Of a DNA stretch of 64,000 nucleotides, positions 1 to 12,093 are shown piece after piece. Made by a program: the position numbers and the translations under genes. The DNA comes from Balanoglossus misakiensis. Its lineage: Eukaryota; Animalia; Hemichordata. How positions within the stretch are numbered: position 1 is the stretch's first letter; each line of letters opens with the position of its first letter. The stretch covers positions 5,611,009 through 5,675,008 of the forward strand of contig CM082591.2 of assembly GCA_040954595.2 (NCBI GenBank), written 5' to 3'. The notes beneath the pieces are model-generated. The model was not told the origin of the DNA, did no database searches, and saw only the letters and a list, made by a program, of their open reading frames with translations.

Positions 1-138
1 AAGTCAGTTTTCAACTAGCACAGTAATGGTAAACAGTACTGGCTGTACCTGACAAGCTTAGGACAGGACTGGGCATGTCACTATTCTCTAGGGAATAAAA
101 CCAGAAACTGCAGTTAAATAACGGTATATGATAGATAA

Positions 139-632
139 AAATACTGAAAAAAATTACAGCTACCGGTACATGTAACAGAGCTGGTAATAAAAAAACAGTT
201 CTATATGTGACTAACATCCTCACAATGTTGTTGTTTCGTATAAATATACTGAAAAAAAATGCAGCTACATGTAACAGAACTGGTAAAAAAAACCCAGTTC
301 TAAATGTGACCAACATCCTCACGATGTCATTGTTTCATATACGTATACTGAGAAAAAAATACAGCTACATGTAACAGAGCTGGTAATAAAAAAACAGTTC
401 TATATGTGACTAACATCCTCACAATGTTGTTGTTTCGTATAAATATACTGAAAAAAATACAGCTACATGTAACAGAACTGGCAATAAAACAAGAGTTTTA
501 AATGTGACCAACATCCTCACGATGTCATTGTTTCGTATAAATATACTGAAAAAAATACAGCTACATGTAACAGAACTGGAGTGGTAATTAAAAAGAGTGT
601 GTAAAAATGTGACCAACAATGTCATTGTTTTG
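139..632 (+). repeat. Intronic ~100-bp tandem repeat, 5 copies, alternating A/B variants
   Basis: Unit (aaatatactgaaaaaaatacagctacatgtaacagarctgg...aatgtgacyaacatcctcac...tgtttcgtat) recurs at ~139, 242, 342, 441 and 539. Copies 1 and 3 share diagnostic bases, as do copies 2 and 4. Confidence 0.95.
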
Positions 633-642
633 TATCTTCCAG

Positions 643-908
643 GTGTACGTATGGGCAGCTGGGGTCTGTTGCTGCACGGAATCACAGCCGTCATATACTC
701 GGCATGTCTGGAAGCCCTGGTCAGTACAGTGGGCACCCGGAAAACCTACATGTTTGGGATCATAACCTTCTCCATCGCCACCACTTTCATTATTTTCACC
801 CGGAATTTGACCATGGTCTTGTGGCTGTCGGCTGTGACTGGATGTGCCTATGCCACCGTGACAGCGTTACCTTACACCTTGCTGACCACGTATCACGAAA
901 ATCAAGAA
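643..908 (+). CDS. SLC45A3: SLC45A3 (prostein)-like MFS sugar/H+ symporter, penultimate coding exon
   Basis: Acceptor tcttccAG (641-642) and donor GTAAGT (909). Translation GVRMGSWGLLLHGITAVIYSACLEALVSTVGTRKTY...LPYTLLTTYHENQE matches SLC45A3 as recalled (GVRMGSLGL...RFGTRAVY...LPYTLASLYHREKQ). Upstream exons lie outside the window. Confidence 0.9.
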
Positions 909-1393
909 GTAAGTAACCATGACGATTCATGAATTAACTTTTAGAAAGAAAAAATACCCTTTTTGTGGGCTGACTTCCACACGTTATAGACAGCTGGTAT
1001 TATTGTAATTTTGCATCAGATTCTCAAACCACATTAATACTTCAAATGTTCTCCCTATCCTTTAAAATCATCAGCATCAGGCCATTTTACTCGTATTTGC
1101 ATCAGTTTTGTCATCTTTTGGTGAGGCATATCACGATAGTTGTGCACTCTTTAATGGAGGCCGATTAAACGGGTGTGGCACCTGTTTAATACAGCACCTG
1201 TTATTGTAACATACAGCCACAATCAGGCGTCAATTAGATGTTCATGTATACCTCTACATGTATCAGTAAGCTTATTTAGATGGAAAATAAAACAGCATAC
1301 GTTTGTGTCTCAAGGGACTGTGAGCTAGTTGCCACTAAACAGCTCATTTCCAGTCAATAGTAAAACATATCGTTGTGTTTATATTTTTTTCAG

Positions 1394-1609
1394 AGATATT
1401 ACGCGGATCTTTCAGCGGACAAGCAACATTTACACGGCAAAGGAACTGATGTGGCACTTTTGGACAGTGCATACTTCCTCTCAGAGACTGTATCAGCATT
1501 CTTGTTTGGGTTGATGGTGCATTGGACGGGCACCACTGCGATCTACATGGTGTGTTCTGCAATCTTCGGCTTCCTGGGATGTGTGTATGTTCTGAGAATT
1601 CACTTCTGA
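1394..1609 (+). CDS. SLC45A3: SLC45A3-like transporter, terminal coding exon
   Basis: Acceptor tttttttcAG (1392-1393), phase-0 join to the previous exon. RYYADL...HGKGTDVALLDSAYFLSETVSAFLFGLMVHWTGTTAIYMVCSAIFGFLG matches the SLC45 C-terminal motif GxGxDxAxLDSAxxLSQ...YMV. Stop TGA at 1607-1609. Confidence 0.9.
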   Translation, partial: RYYADLSADKQHLHGKGTDVALLDSAYFLSETVSAFLFGLMVHWTGTTAIYMVCSAIFGFLGCVYVLRIHF

Positions 1610-1657
1610 ATTCACTGCCTGACTTTCCTCATGTTTGCAGATTTCCTATAGGTTTAA

Positions 1658-1992
1658 AGGGACAAAGTCTCTTTCTCACTGCCCTTTTCCATTAATTATG
1701 TTTGATACAAGACACTGTTTATGTTAATGTACATGTGTATATGTAGTTCAACCACATACAACTTCCATCCCACTTGTAGACATGAGAGAAAAAACCTGCC
1801 AAAATGAATAACCTGTCTCTACCATTTATTCATTTTGGTGAGATTTTTGGTCTCATATCATACAAGGGGGGTGGAAGTTGTGTGTGGGTAAACGTTGATT
1901 CATTGTATAGCCATATGTACATTGACATAAACGGTGTCTTGTATCAAACATAATTAATGGAAAAATGGCAGTGGGAAAGAGACTTTGCCCCT
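1658..1992. mobile_element. Palindromic ~340-bp TTAA MITE, family A (Kolobok/T2-type termini)
   Basis: TTAA-AGGGACAAAGTCTC...GAGACTTTGCCCCT-TTAA. The whole element is an imperfect inverted repeat and 7 more copies occur in the window. Confidence 0.9.
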
Positions 1993-1996
1993 TTAA

Positions 1997-2156
1997 TACA
2001 GGACAAAGTTACTCACTTTTGACATCATTCTGGTATCATTTGCTAGCTTAATTTAGGCAGTGAGTAATTCAGTGAGTTGAACAACATTAATTAGCTATCA
2101 AAAGGAACTAATTTAAATTAACCAAAAAAATATCGAAAGTGAGCAACTTTGTCCCT
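1997..2156. mobile_element. Short TTAA MITE sharing the family A terminal motif
   Basis: TIRs aggacaaagttactcacttt / aaagtgagcaactttgtccct, followed by TTAA at 2157-2160. Confidence 0.75.
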
Positions 2157-2160
2157 TTAA

Positions 2161-2491
2161 AGGTTGACACTTGTCTTGTGCGCATGTGCTTAATTTTGTG
2201 TTTACAAACATTACGTGCAATCCAAATGTTCTGCAAATTTTGCGTTCGACGCATTCAAATAGTGGACTGCCACTTCCTTCCATATTTCATGCACACCGTA
2301 TAAGTAGACTTTAGTTTTGTCCTTTCATTTCACCCAATTTTGCTGTCTTTTCCTGATCTCCGACACAGACTATGGTCACCGCCATCTTGTCTGTTGTTAG
2401 GACAGCACACTGCCTTATGGCATTTACTGTATACAATTTTTGTAACCAGAGTCTCTGGTTTGGCACATGCGCATAGGACGATCGTGGCCCT
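2161..2491. mobile_element. TTAA MITE (AGG...CCT) with degenerate TIRs
   Basis: TTAA-agg...gtcttgtgcgcatgtgc and gcacatgcgcataggac...ccct-TTAA. Confidence 0.65.
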
Positions 2492-2752
2492 TTAATCCTT
2501 TCTAAACATATATTTTTAAAGAGACTGTTTTATGTGTATATTTATATTTATTCTTATTATATTATTATTATTATTATTATTATATCACTTGAATGTCCAA
2601 GAAAATTGTGGTCTTCACCAAGATTGGAAAACCAGATTGGTAGGGCCACAAGATATTGTTCGTGAAAGTCTTTTATTGCTGTATGGTGTTGTCTGGAATC
2701 AAATTTTGTGTTCTTATCTCTGCAAATCCTATAAGAGCAGTACTTGTCATGA

Positions 2753-2771
2753 AATAAAAAAATAAAATAAA
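2753..2771 (+). terminator. Candidate polyadenylation signals for the SLC45A3-like gene
   Basis: AATAAA at 2753, 2761 and 2766 are the first canonical hexamers I found after the stop codon. A GT-rich tract (ttttgtttgt) follows at ~2803. Confidence 0.45.
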
Positions 2772-4754
2772 CGCTATTGGTAAAATGCTCCAATTGAAAA
2801 CATTTTGTTTGTATTAACCCTCTCAGCTGCCAAGTTGCGTATTAAAGTATATATGAATACTGAGGCCACATTTTTTTTGCAAAGAGTACATTTATTGTAT
2901 CGAAAAAAAGAGGCTAGAATAGAATGCTTCGTATTTTTGTAGAAAACTTTATCAATTTTTCATCCAGGATGGCATCAACAGGGGGATATTTCCCTCTATG
3001 CAAGAATTTTTGGGGGGATTCCACTCTTGCTAGGGGGGGGGGGGGTGTAATATCTCGATCATGTGAGTGACATAATTTTAAGGTGCATGGTCCCCCCTTG
3101 ACATATTGCTAGAGGGTGCGAGGGGGTGAATCCCCATTCCCTCCAGCTAGATGAAACACTGTGTATTACAAAGTATGTGTACCAGATATGTAGATCTCCT
3201 ATCTGGCAGTCATTTTGAACATGTAATATTGCTAAAAATAAGATTATTTTGTTCCTTTACTAAGGGATAAAAGGATGAGTGAAAGAAAAGTTATTTTAGA
3301 AGTGCAATTTCAAATTATACATTTTTTGGCCATTATAATAGATTTAAGCGTTTCTGCACGTAAAATGTAGTTTTTCATTGTGTGTTTGTTTTTCATTGTG
3401 TTTTTGTGTTTATCTATCGCCATAAGTATGAACTCAGCTGTGTTCTGGACTATACAAAGGCCAGCTTTTGTTGCTAATTTCGTTTCTCTCTATACTGAAG
3501 GCTTAAAATGGAATGTATGTATTTTAGTGGAGCTGTAAAAATAAGTCTGTTATTCGCCTGAACAGACCTAAAAGTGGAACACGCGAGAAAAAGGGGAAAA
3601 ATGTGTTCCCAATAAGCAGGGGTCTATATACGCACACTAGAAATCCTGAAATGCCAGCTGTGCACTCAAACACTACACATGTTGTATTGACAGTGCTGGA
3701 CAGCGATTACAAAGGGAGGTAACACATTGTACCAAATCTGACAACGGATTAACAAACAAATTAGGGTTGGGTACAACTTGTTTTCATCTCCATCCACCCC
3801 TCCCCCAAAAAAGTTGACGAGGGGATGACAGCAATGACATTAGAGTGTTGTATTTATGTGGACTAGCAATGATTAATGCAAATCATGTGAAACAGAAATG
3901 GTCCTACATGCTTGTGTAAAATTTTCGGGAGATTTTCGCGACAGGAAATTTTCGCGATATCAAAAGAGGCAACTGTTATGCCACAATTAATTTCACTTAC
4001 TGCATCGATATCACTGAAAAACGTTTTTTTTTTGCGCAACTTTTTATTTTCATGTTGTTTGTTTTTGTGGCTCTTTCCTTGACTGTAGTTTGGTGCTAAT
4101 TATAAACCGGGATAACAAAATGTACACGTTAAACAGAATGATGTCAACTGTGAAATGCATACTTAATATTTAATCCATCATTAGTGAAACATTTACACGG
4201 ATTATATTTCTTCATTTCGCTTGAAATTTACATTTAATTTAGATTATCTAAGTTTTACAAGCTGTTACCTCATTAAGTCACACACCCATACAATTTCAAC
4301 ATACATTTCATATCCTGCAGTGACGTGATGTTCAGTATGTGGTTGACACTAATAGAATCTCACAATCCCAGGTCCTTGGTGTGTGAGATTCTATTTCTCA
4401 CATGGTCACAAATTAGCCAAATCCGTTAAAAAAACATTGAATAAATGACTCTGGAACTGTCGTCTGGGCACGTTGTAGTCTCTGTCCCCGTAATACACAT
4501 CGTGCCATTGGATAACATTTATTGCACGTTAGCAAAAGAACGCTTTGTCAACCAATCAGCGCCTGCGTTATATACAGCTTTCGATTCTGTGAGAGTGTGG
4601 GATCGATTTGTTCTCACACTCTGTTCTCACACTCTCAGCGTGCCAGGAGTGTGAGAAATTAATTTCCTTTTACATATACATGTAAGTCTTCCAGTACCGC
4701 ATAGAATTATGCCTTGTAGTTTCCATGTGAAGCTTGCCTTTAAAATAGGGTTTT

Positions 4755-4936
4755 GTATACAGTAACCTATGAAAATTTAGCTACAGTTACCATGGCAGAT
4801 TAAGATCCAACCAATCACAGATTTTCAGTGGGTGGCACACAAAAAACAAGAGCGCCACCATATGTACTTTAGAACACTCAGATACGCCATATCTGCCATA
4901 TATGGACATATGTAAATTGGAGGTGACCGTATACCT
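4755..4936 (+). mobile_element. TTAA MITE family B, copy 1 (left end degenerate)
   Basis: Homologous to 35915-36096 and 38541-38725; right end GGTGACCGTATACCT-TTAA. Confidence 0.85.
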
Positions 4937-5221
4937 TTAAGCTTGCCTACTTAAGGTTGTATGCACCTTGAAAATCAGTCTTAAACTTTTCTTGTATTTT
5001 GCTAAGCCAATTTTATATTATTCTCTCATAGATGGTGGGTACAATACTTACTTCTTTATAGTCTAAAAGACTCCTCACACATATGAGCAGATAATTAAAA
5101 GTTTTTGGGATACTATCTTTTTTTCTCTCGAAAATCTACCTATCTTTTAAGTGGCTATACTACCATAATATTGGTCAGGGCATACGCACCCGAAAAATTA
5201 GATATTGTTATCAAACCTTAA

Positions 5222-5307
5222 CCCTATCACCCCTAGTTCCCTCTATAGAGGTCCAACTTTACCATAGAAAACAATGGGTTTGGACCAAACCACGGTGCTG
5301 AAAGGGT
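5222..5307. mobile_element. Tiny piggyBac-like MITE
   Basis: TTAA-CCCTATCACC...GGTGCTGAAAGGG(T)-TTAA. CCC/GGG termini with a TTAA TSD are the piggyBac signature. Confidence 0.6.
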
Positions 5308-5511
5308 TTAACCTCAAAGCAGTGGTGAACCACAGTGTAAAAAAATGAAATAATTGGAACAGCATTAACCTTCCATTAATGCACCTCCATGTAAATATTA
5401 TTTTGTATTATTTATTGTAAGTGTAAATTCTGTATTCTTTATTCAGTATATTATTTATCATTTTATCTAGCAACAAGCGATTCCTTTTATCTTTGTGTGC
5501 AAAGAGAAATA

Positions 5512-5671
5512 AATAATCGGTCTCTACCATTTATTCATTTTGGCGAGATTTTTTTCTCTCATATCGGGATGGAAGTTGTGTGTGGTCAAATGTTCATTCA
5601 CTATATATCCACATGTAGAATAACATAAACGGTGTCTTGTATCAAATATAGTTAATCGAAAAGGGGCAGCG
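5512..5671. mobile_element. MITE family A, right-half fragment
   Basis: accatttattcattttggcgag...ggtgtcttgtatcaaa...aaaggggcagcga matches the right arm of family A. Confidence 0.85.
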
Positions 5672-6450
5672 ATCGGCACGCTGAACGTTATATAAAACAA
5701 ATATTAACTCAACGCTACCATCGTCCTCTATGGGAAATTAATACAGGTTTTGTGCCATATTTTCACTTTAAAACTTTTGTTTACACTGGGCTTGTTTGCA
5801 AGATTTAAAAAAACGTCTTATGGTTGTTAAGATGAGTGAAAGAAATCCATGTACAAAAATATATGTTACAGAATTTTAAACAATAAAGGATTGTGTTTAA
5901 AGAAAAAAATGTCGTATTCCAAAACAATCCCGAGCTCGAGTATTTTTAAACTCTCCAGACTTGTGGTGACGCGCCACCAACGGCTAAAACAAAAAAAATC
6001 TGAAACATGCATTGAGGGCGTCCTGAAAAATCCAGTCGACCCAAAAGAAAACGAGCAGAAAAGGCTGTCTCACGTACGCGTTCTGTAACTTTCATGCGAA
6101 GTTTATTCTAGCCTATTTCAAAATTCAGCCCTCCGTTTTATCTGCTTTAGGGGCCTATGACTGTCAAAGATAATACCTCCGAATATGACATATATCTCCA
6201 TTTTATGTCTGAATTATTCAAGGGAAGACTCCGTTAACGTTGCACTTTCTGAATGCGAATAGTATAAAACCATCGAATATACGCATGCGCAGCATGAAGG
6301 TGTTAATCGTTCATCTTTACATCATTCCAGGGTGTGATATAAAGCATTTAATGACCTGTGTTTACTTGCCGTGTATTCATCCGTGACATTAAAAAGAGTG
6401 TGCGAAGATTGTAGATGTGTGTCAGAGCATGCAAAGTGATGGAGTCTAAC

Positions 6451-6557
6451 AAACAGACAGACACAGAGAGGCAGACAAACAGACAGTCAGTCAGTCAGAC
6501 AGACAGACAGAGAGAGAGAGAGAGAGACAGGCAGAGAGAGAGAGACAGACAGACAGC

Positions 6558-6595
<38 letters not shown>

Positions 6596-6680
6596 CTTTG
6601 GTCAGTAAGTAGGGGCAGACAGACAGACAGACAGGCATGTAGGCAGGCAGACAGACAGATAGATGGATAGATAGATAGAT
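6451..6680. repeat. Compound microsatellite (GACA/GA/TTAG/GATA)
   Basis: Directly visible. Confidence 0.95.
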
Positions 6681-7757
6681 GTGTAACAATGTTTTTATCT
6701 TGATATTTTACGTCAAAAATGTTTCAAAATAACTGTTTGACGAGTATATGGTGGCCTAATCACAAACAACAAGTGATAATTGATGTATGGAATAAAACTC
6801 GCGAACGTTATGTCACGTCTTTGCTTGGTATAAAAAAATTAAACCACATACCAGCGTAATGGTTAAGCTATTGGACAGAAACAAAATCATCTCTTCCATC
6901 CAATTTCAACATGAAACATATTTTATGCATTCTATGTAAGAGTTCGTCGCCTTTAATACCGCACAGCCCTTTGGCAATGTTTTTATTCTCTCTCAAAGCT
7001 ACAATATATTTTGACGTTCCCGACCTTCAGTCGCACCTATGGGAGGTCATCAATCCGTATATACAACAAAACTTACAAAACATAAATTGCAATTATACTT
7101 AACTAGGAAGAGCCTCCTTAATACATCACTTTATGTATAGGAGTTTTTAACGTGGCCTCTTTCTATTTAAGTGCGAATGGTCACTTTCGGAATGTTCGAC
7201 TCATTTTTCTGACTCGTCTAGAAAGGTTTATCACACAGAAATCTGGAAGAAAACAATCACTGCTAGGCATGAGGTTTGAGTCCTTGGGACCTTGCAACTT
7301 TTGAACCTTAAATTTTTCCGTCGCCATATCAAAGGCTTCGCCAATTTCAAATCAGACCGCTAGACAGGCTTGCTACAACACACTAGCCACTGGAAAAAAC
7401 TGCACGGATTTACTACATATCATATTTTTCGCCCCGGGACTGTCTTCACTGTTTTTTATGCACTCTATATGTTGGTTGTGCAATGATGAGATGTTGAGTG
7501 CGATGTTTACACATATTTAACTGCCTGCGGTGATAACAGTTCAACAAACACATGTGTTCAGGGCGTTGCACTCATAAAACGCGTCGACATAAAGAACCAC
7601 CGGCGAGCATCTTGTCCCTTCTTGGGAATGCATTACGGTAATTGAAGGCACTTCTTGGGGTTCCAAGTATTTTTCTAGAATAAGTTCTTTGGGTCTGGCT
7701 GCAGGTATGGACGCGAAACAACTCGTCAACCTTTCAATTATACTACAAATGAGCATT

Positions 7758-7759
<2 letters not shown>

Positions 7760-7854
<95 letters not shown>

Positions 7855-7874
7855 CTCATTTTATTTATTTATTT

Positions 7875-7938
<64 letters not shown>

Positions 7939-7988
7939 TATTTGTTTTTTTGTTTATTTGTTTATTTATTTTTATTTATTTTTTTATT
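7760..7988. repeat. (TTTA)n microsatellite
   Basis: Directly visible; source of the spurious YLFI ORF. Confidence 0.97.
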
Positions 7989-8348
7989 TGTTGCTGGTTG
8001 TACCATAGTTAATAGAGGGGGGAGACCCCCCCCCCCCTTCTATTGTTGTACGTGCTGGCTTTAAACCAAACGAATGGTAAAATCAGTTTGCATTTTTTAA
8101 TAGGGGGCCTACTGCAATGTGTGAGACGAACTCACAGTTTAAAGAGATTCATAGACTTGACTGATAAGTGTTAGTTCCAGACACTACACACAGGTCTCGA
8201 AAAATACCAAACTTTGATCAGCTATCACCTGATAATGGTACGCAGCAGTAATTCAGATGACACGCATAGGCCTACTATATAGATAGTAAAAGCCCGCTTC
8301 GTTAATAGAGACTGGTCTGCCCATCTTTTGTCTGGGCATTGATTGAAG

Positions 8349-8654
8349 TAGAATCTCTCACAATCTGATTAAAATCAAATGTAGGGAACGGCGACGTGTT
8401 TTTTATGCTGTCGTTTTTTTATGCTGAGGCGACAGGATAATAAAAACACGTCACCGTTCCCTATATCTGATTTTAATCATATTGACTCTCTCACAGCCCA
8501 CGGTTCGCTACAAGGCTCTTCACTGATGCGCCCTCAACTGTTTAGCAAAGGAGAAGCCCCATATGGTGTTGTGTAGCGAACCTCCCGCCGGGCACACGTG
8601 CAATCAGTCCATAAGCCTGCATGGACGACGAGAGAGGGGCTGTGAGAGAGTCTA
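8349..8654. mobile_element. Academ-like MITE (TAG...CTA, 9-bp TSD) interrupted by a second MITE
   Basis: Exact TSD tgattgaag at 8340-8348 and 8655-8663. TIR tagactctctcacagccc / gggctgtgagagagtcta, with the left TIR split by an insertion. Confidence 0.75.
8361..8484. mobile_element. 124-bp foldback MITE with 9-bp TSD
   Basis: ~45-bp TIRs caatctgattaaaatcaaatgtagggaacggcgacgtgttttt / aaaaacacgtcaccgttccctatatctgattttaatcatattg, flanked by aatctctca / actctctca. Confidence 0.85.
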
Positions 8655-9176
8655 TGATTGAAGCACTCTGGTCCACCGTGATAACTGCGACTAGTAATTG
8701 CTTACAATAGAAACAATATCAACTATTGGGAAAATCATTTATAAGAAATAAAACTCCAAGCTTCTACACACCTGGAGCCAAACGCATTAAGCTTAAGTCA
8801 CAGTGTACCTAATCTTTCACATGACCCTGCCGTGATTTCCCCCAACCAACCCTGTGGCAATATCTGAAAGCTCCCAAGAATTGAATAATACGGAATAATT
8901 GGAAGTATATCAGGTCAGAAGGCACGCTTCTGTTGTCAAAACGTCCACATTAGTGAAGTGCTATTATCGGTGAGTGATTTTTGTACGCTTGATTTGTTTA
9001 TCACGCCAAAGACAGATGATACATCCATTGGTACGAATACATCATGGTCTATATTGTCGCTAATATCGGGGAAATAAACGGAAATGAGGCGTAGGCTATT
9101 GCAGAAATTTGTAATGACCATATTTAGTAAGCTTACAGTTTGAATGATGACAATTTGACATGTCCTCGACAGACAT

Positions 9177-9275
9177 GGATAGGTGGATGGATGGATGGAA
9201 GGATGGATGGATGGCTAGCTGGCAGGCTGGTCGGCTGGCTGGATGGATGGATAGATGGATGGATGAATGAATGGA
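9177..9275. repeat. (GGAT)n/(GGCT)n microsatellite
   Basis: Directly visible. Confidence 0.9.
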
Positions 9276-11678
9276 TTAGTGATCAGGCAGGTATACACAA
9301 ATCCACACATATATAGTACGTGAAATAACTTACATTAACCATTAACACGACAATACGCTTTTATTGTTATAGTATTCAGAAAACATAAAGATTTAAAATA
9401 GAACATCATTCTCAAAGCCAGGAAATAGAAAGTACAGTACAGATTATACCTGGCGGTAATAAAAAGTTAAATATTAAAAATAATCCAGTACTAAAATCTC
9501 GTGACATACGCTGTAGCCTAACATCTTTTTCATCAGTACAGAGGAGAGAATATGTCTCTTCTAAACTCCTTTCGGCATTTTTGTATAGAACATGCGTAGG
9601 TTGGTAAGAATTCAAAGCGTCCTAGCTATTTTTGCAGTGCTCATTACGTTCATAAAAGACCGGGAACCGATTGTTGCGCGAACACCGTGACGGTGAACTT
9701 GGCGGATGTCCTTAATATAACAGACCATAATAGCAACCTAAACAATAGAAAATTAAGCCATGGAAATATGTCGAATTTCTTTTGTCCGGACAATCTGACG
9801 ATTGATGTGACGTAACTACCGGAAGGGGGAGTGTAGCAGCAATAGGGTCGTTATTACTAATTTTCAAATCTTCCGGTGGTTGTAATGAGTTTAAAAAAAG
9901 AATAACTCTATAATGAGTTTTAACGAGATTGTTGATTTTACTTTGGACTTCACAGATCGGCCTGACGTGGAGGGCGTTTTAACAATATCCACCCTATTGT
10001 GGGTACGATCAGGACCATTCAGGCGTTCTTTGTTGTCTGCTTATAACGTGCAGGTTATGAAGGGAAATGGACAAAAATGGCGCGGTAATACTGAAGTACT
10101 ACAAACCAAGTCCAAGTGTTTCTCGTTACCCATCACAGAGAAATTAATTGGGAAATGGGTCAATTTATGTAAATTGTGTTTTATTTTTTATTAGTTCAAG
10201 CTGTATTTCGGCCCACGCGAAATGAGAGTGAGAAAAGCCGGTTTTAGTAGATTGACCATACCGACCTAGATTTGTAACACCACTTTGTGTAAGTGGATCG
10301 GCCACCCACTTCTCGGTCTGACGCTATATACAGAGCTTATATGTTTCAAATAACGGGTGCTGCACCAGCTTATTCATCCTCTCGTTGAAAAAGTACAAAA
10401 ATATTGCGGTTCCCCCAGGTGGGTATCATAGCCTCTACAAATTTAAAACGGTGTTGTCAGTCAACCGAGGATAATGAGAAGATTGACAAAAAATATCGAC
10501 CATGTTCAAAATGGCAGATGTTGGGGCTTTAAATATGAAAGTGTGCTTAATGCCTTATTTGAAATAATTGCAAAGCCCTTCGGAGTTAGAACCGCCTACC
10601 TTTAATGGTTAGAAAAAAGGACAAGTTTACCCCCGGGGCGGAAATAATGGAGGTTCCCTAAGTATGATTACTCATATGTCTGTCAATCCATCTTCAGTGT
10701 CAATCGGTGACGGTGACGGTACTTCATGTCGAATTCATTCTCCGTCTTTCATGCTTCTCTCGTCTCTCTCATACACCTATTTAGCAGCCACTTGTCAAAG
10801 GAAAGAAACGTGTTTGTATTTATGTGAAAAATATGCCATGAGCATTCTGTCGAGTTGTCAAAAGACTATTGCAACGAGCGCCTGTAGGACCACGTTCTAG
10901 GGTGTTTCCTTCGCCTTTTGAAAAGTCAAGACATGTACAGCATTCAGTGCTCGCCACTCCGCATGTTAATAGGAAATCTGGTTTCTCTTTCACGACTACA
11001 TTTGATTCTTCGTTGGAAATATGATGTACACCACGATATATCGATTTCCACCATGAACGACGCAAGGGGACACTCTCCGCTATTCTCAGAAAAAAAATAC
11101 GCAGGTATACAATTTAATGCTCAGATTAAAACGGGCCAAAGTACACGACTCTTGTTTCACTCGTTGAGTAAGATGAGAGGTCAACATCGACAGAAACTCC
11201 AAATCAATATTAGTTCCACTTAGTTCAGCTGTAGAAAGTGGAATTTCATTGGCCGGTACACCATCCGAGATATCCCATTGACACGTGCTTATGCATTGCA
11301 CCGTGAACATAAGTATGTTTGTATGTACACTCACATGTACGTACGTAAATGTGGGTACGTGTACGTTACACACACTTAACGCACACTTGTACGCCCATAA
11401 TATGTTGCCTATCGTGATTAACCACTGAAGAATTCTGTGTAAACTAAACAGAGTTGATATCTTGTGTAATGCAAAGGAAGGGGGAGAAAATACTTTTTTG
11501 TGGAAACTGTAGAAGACGCAGATTATGAGATTTTTCACATCAGCCCTTGACATTTTTCCCAAGGCAATCGTTTTAAATTCGTATAGTTGTGGGAATCACA
11601 TACCTCCGGGCTTGTAGCCAGCAAACAATTCACTCAGGGCTCTGGATAATAGAAACGCAACGAACAGAATGGATCGTT

Positions 11679-11801
11679 AGATGGATTGATGGGTGAATGA
11701 CTGACTGACTGAATGTATGAATGAATGAATGAATGAATGAATGAATGAATGAATGAATGAATGAATGAATGAATGAATGAATGAATGAATGTGTGTGTGT
11801 G

Positions 11802-11832
<31 letters not shown>

Positions 11833-12061
11833 TTGTATGTATGTATGTATGTATGTATGTATGTATGTATGTATGTATGTATGTATGTATGTATGTATGT
11901 ATGTATGTATGTATGTATGTATGTATGTATGTATGTATGTATGTATGTATGTATGTATGTATGTATGTATGTATGAATGAATGAATGAATGAATGAATGA
12001 ATGTATGAATGAATGAATGAATGAATGAATGAATGAATGAATGAATGAATGTGTGTGTGTG

Positions 12062-12093
<32 letters not shown>

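Noticed and set aside
139-632. Regularly spaced repeats as a CRISPR-like array
   Set aside because: Units are contiguous with no unique spacers, in a spliceosomal-intron context.
11-736. Hydrophobic minus-strand ORFs with repeated MLVT..LLHVA
   Set aside because: Antisense translation of the 100-bp intronic tandem repeat.
2965-3161. Possible hAT-like CAG...CTG MITE
   Set aside because: TIR match too degenerate, no TSD and no second copy in the window.
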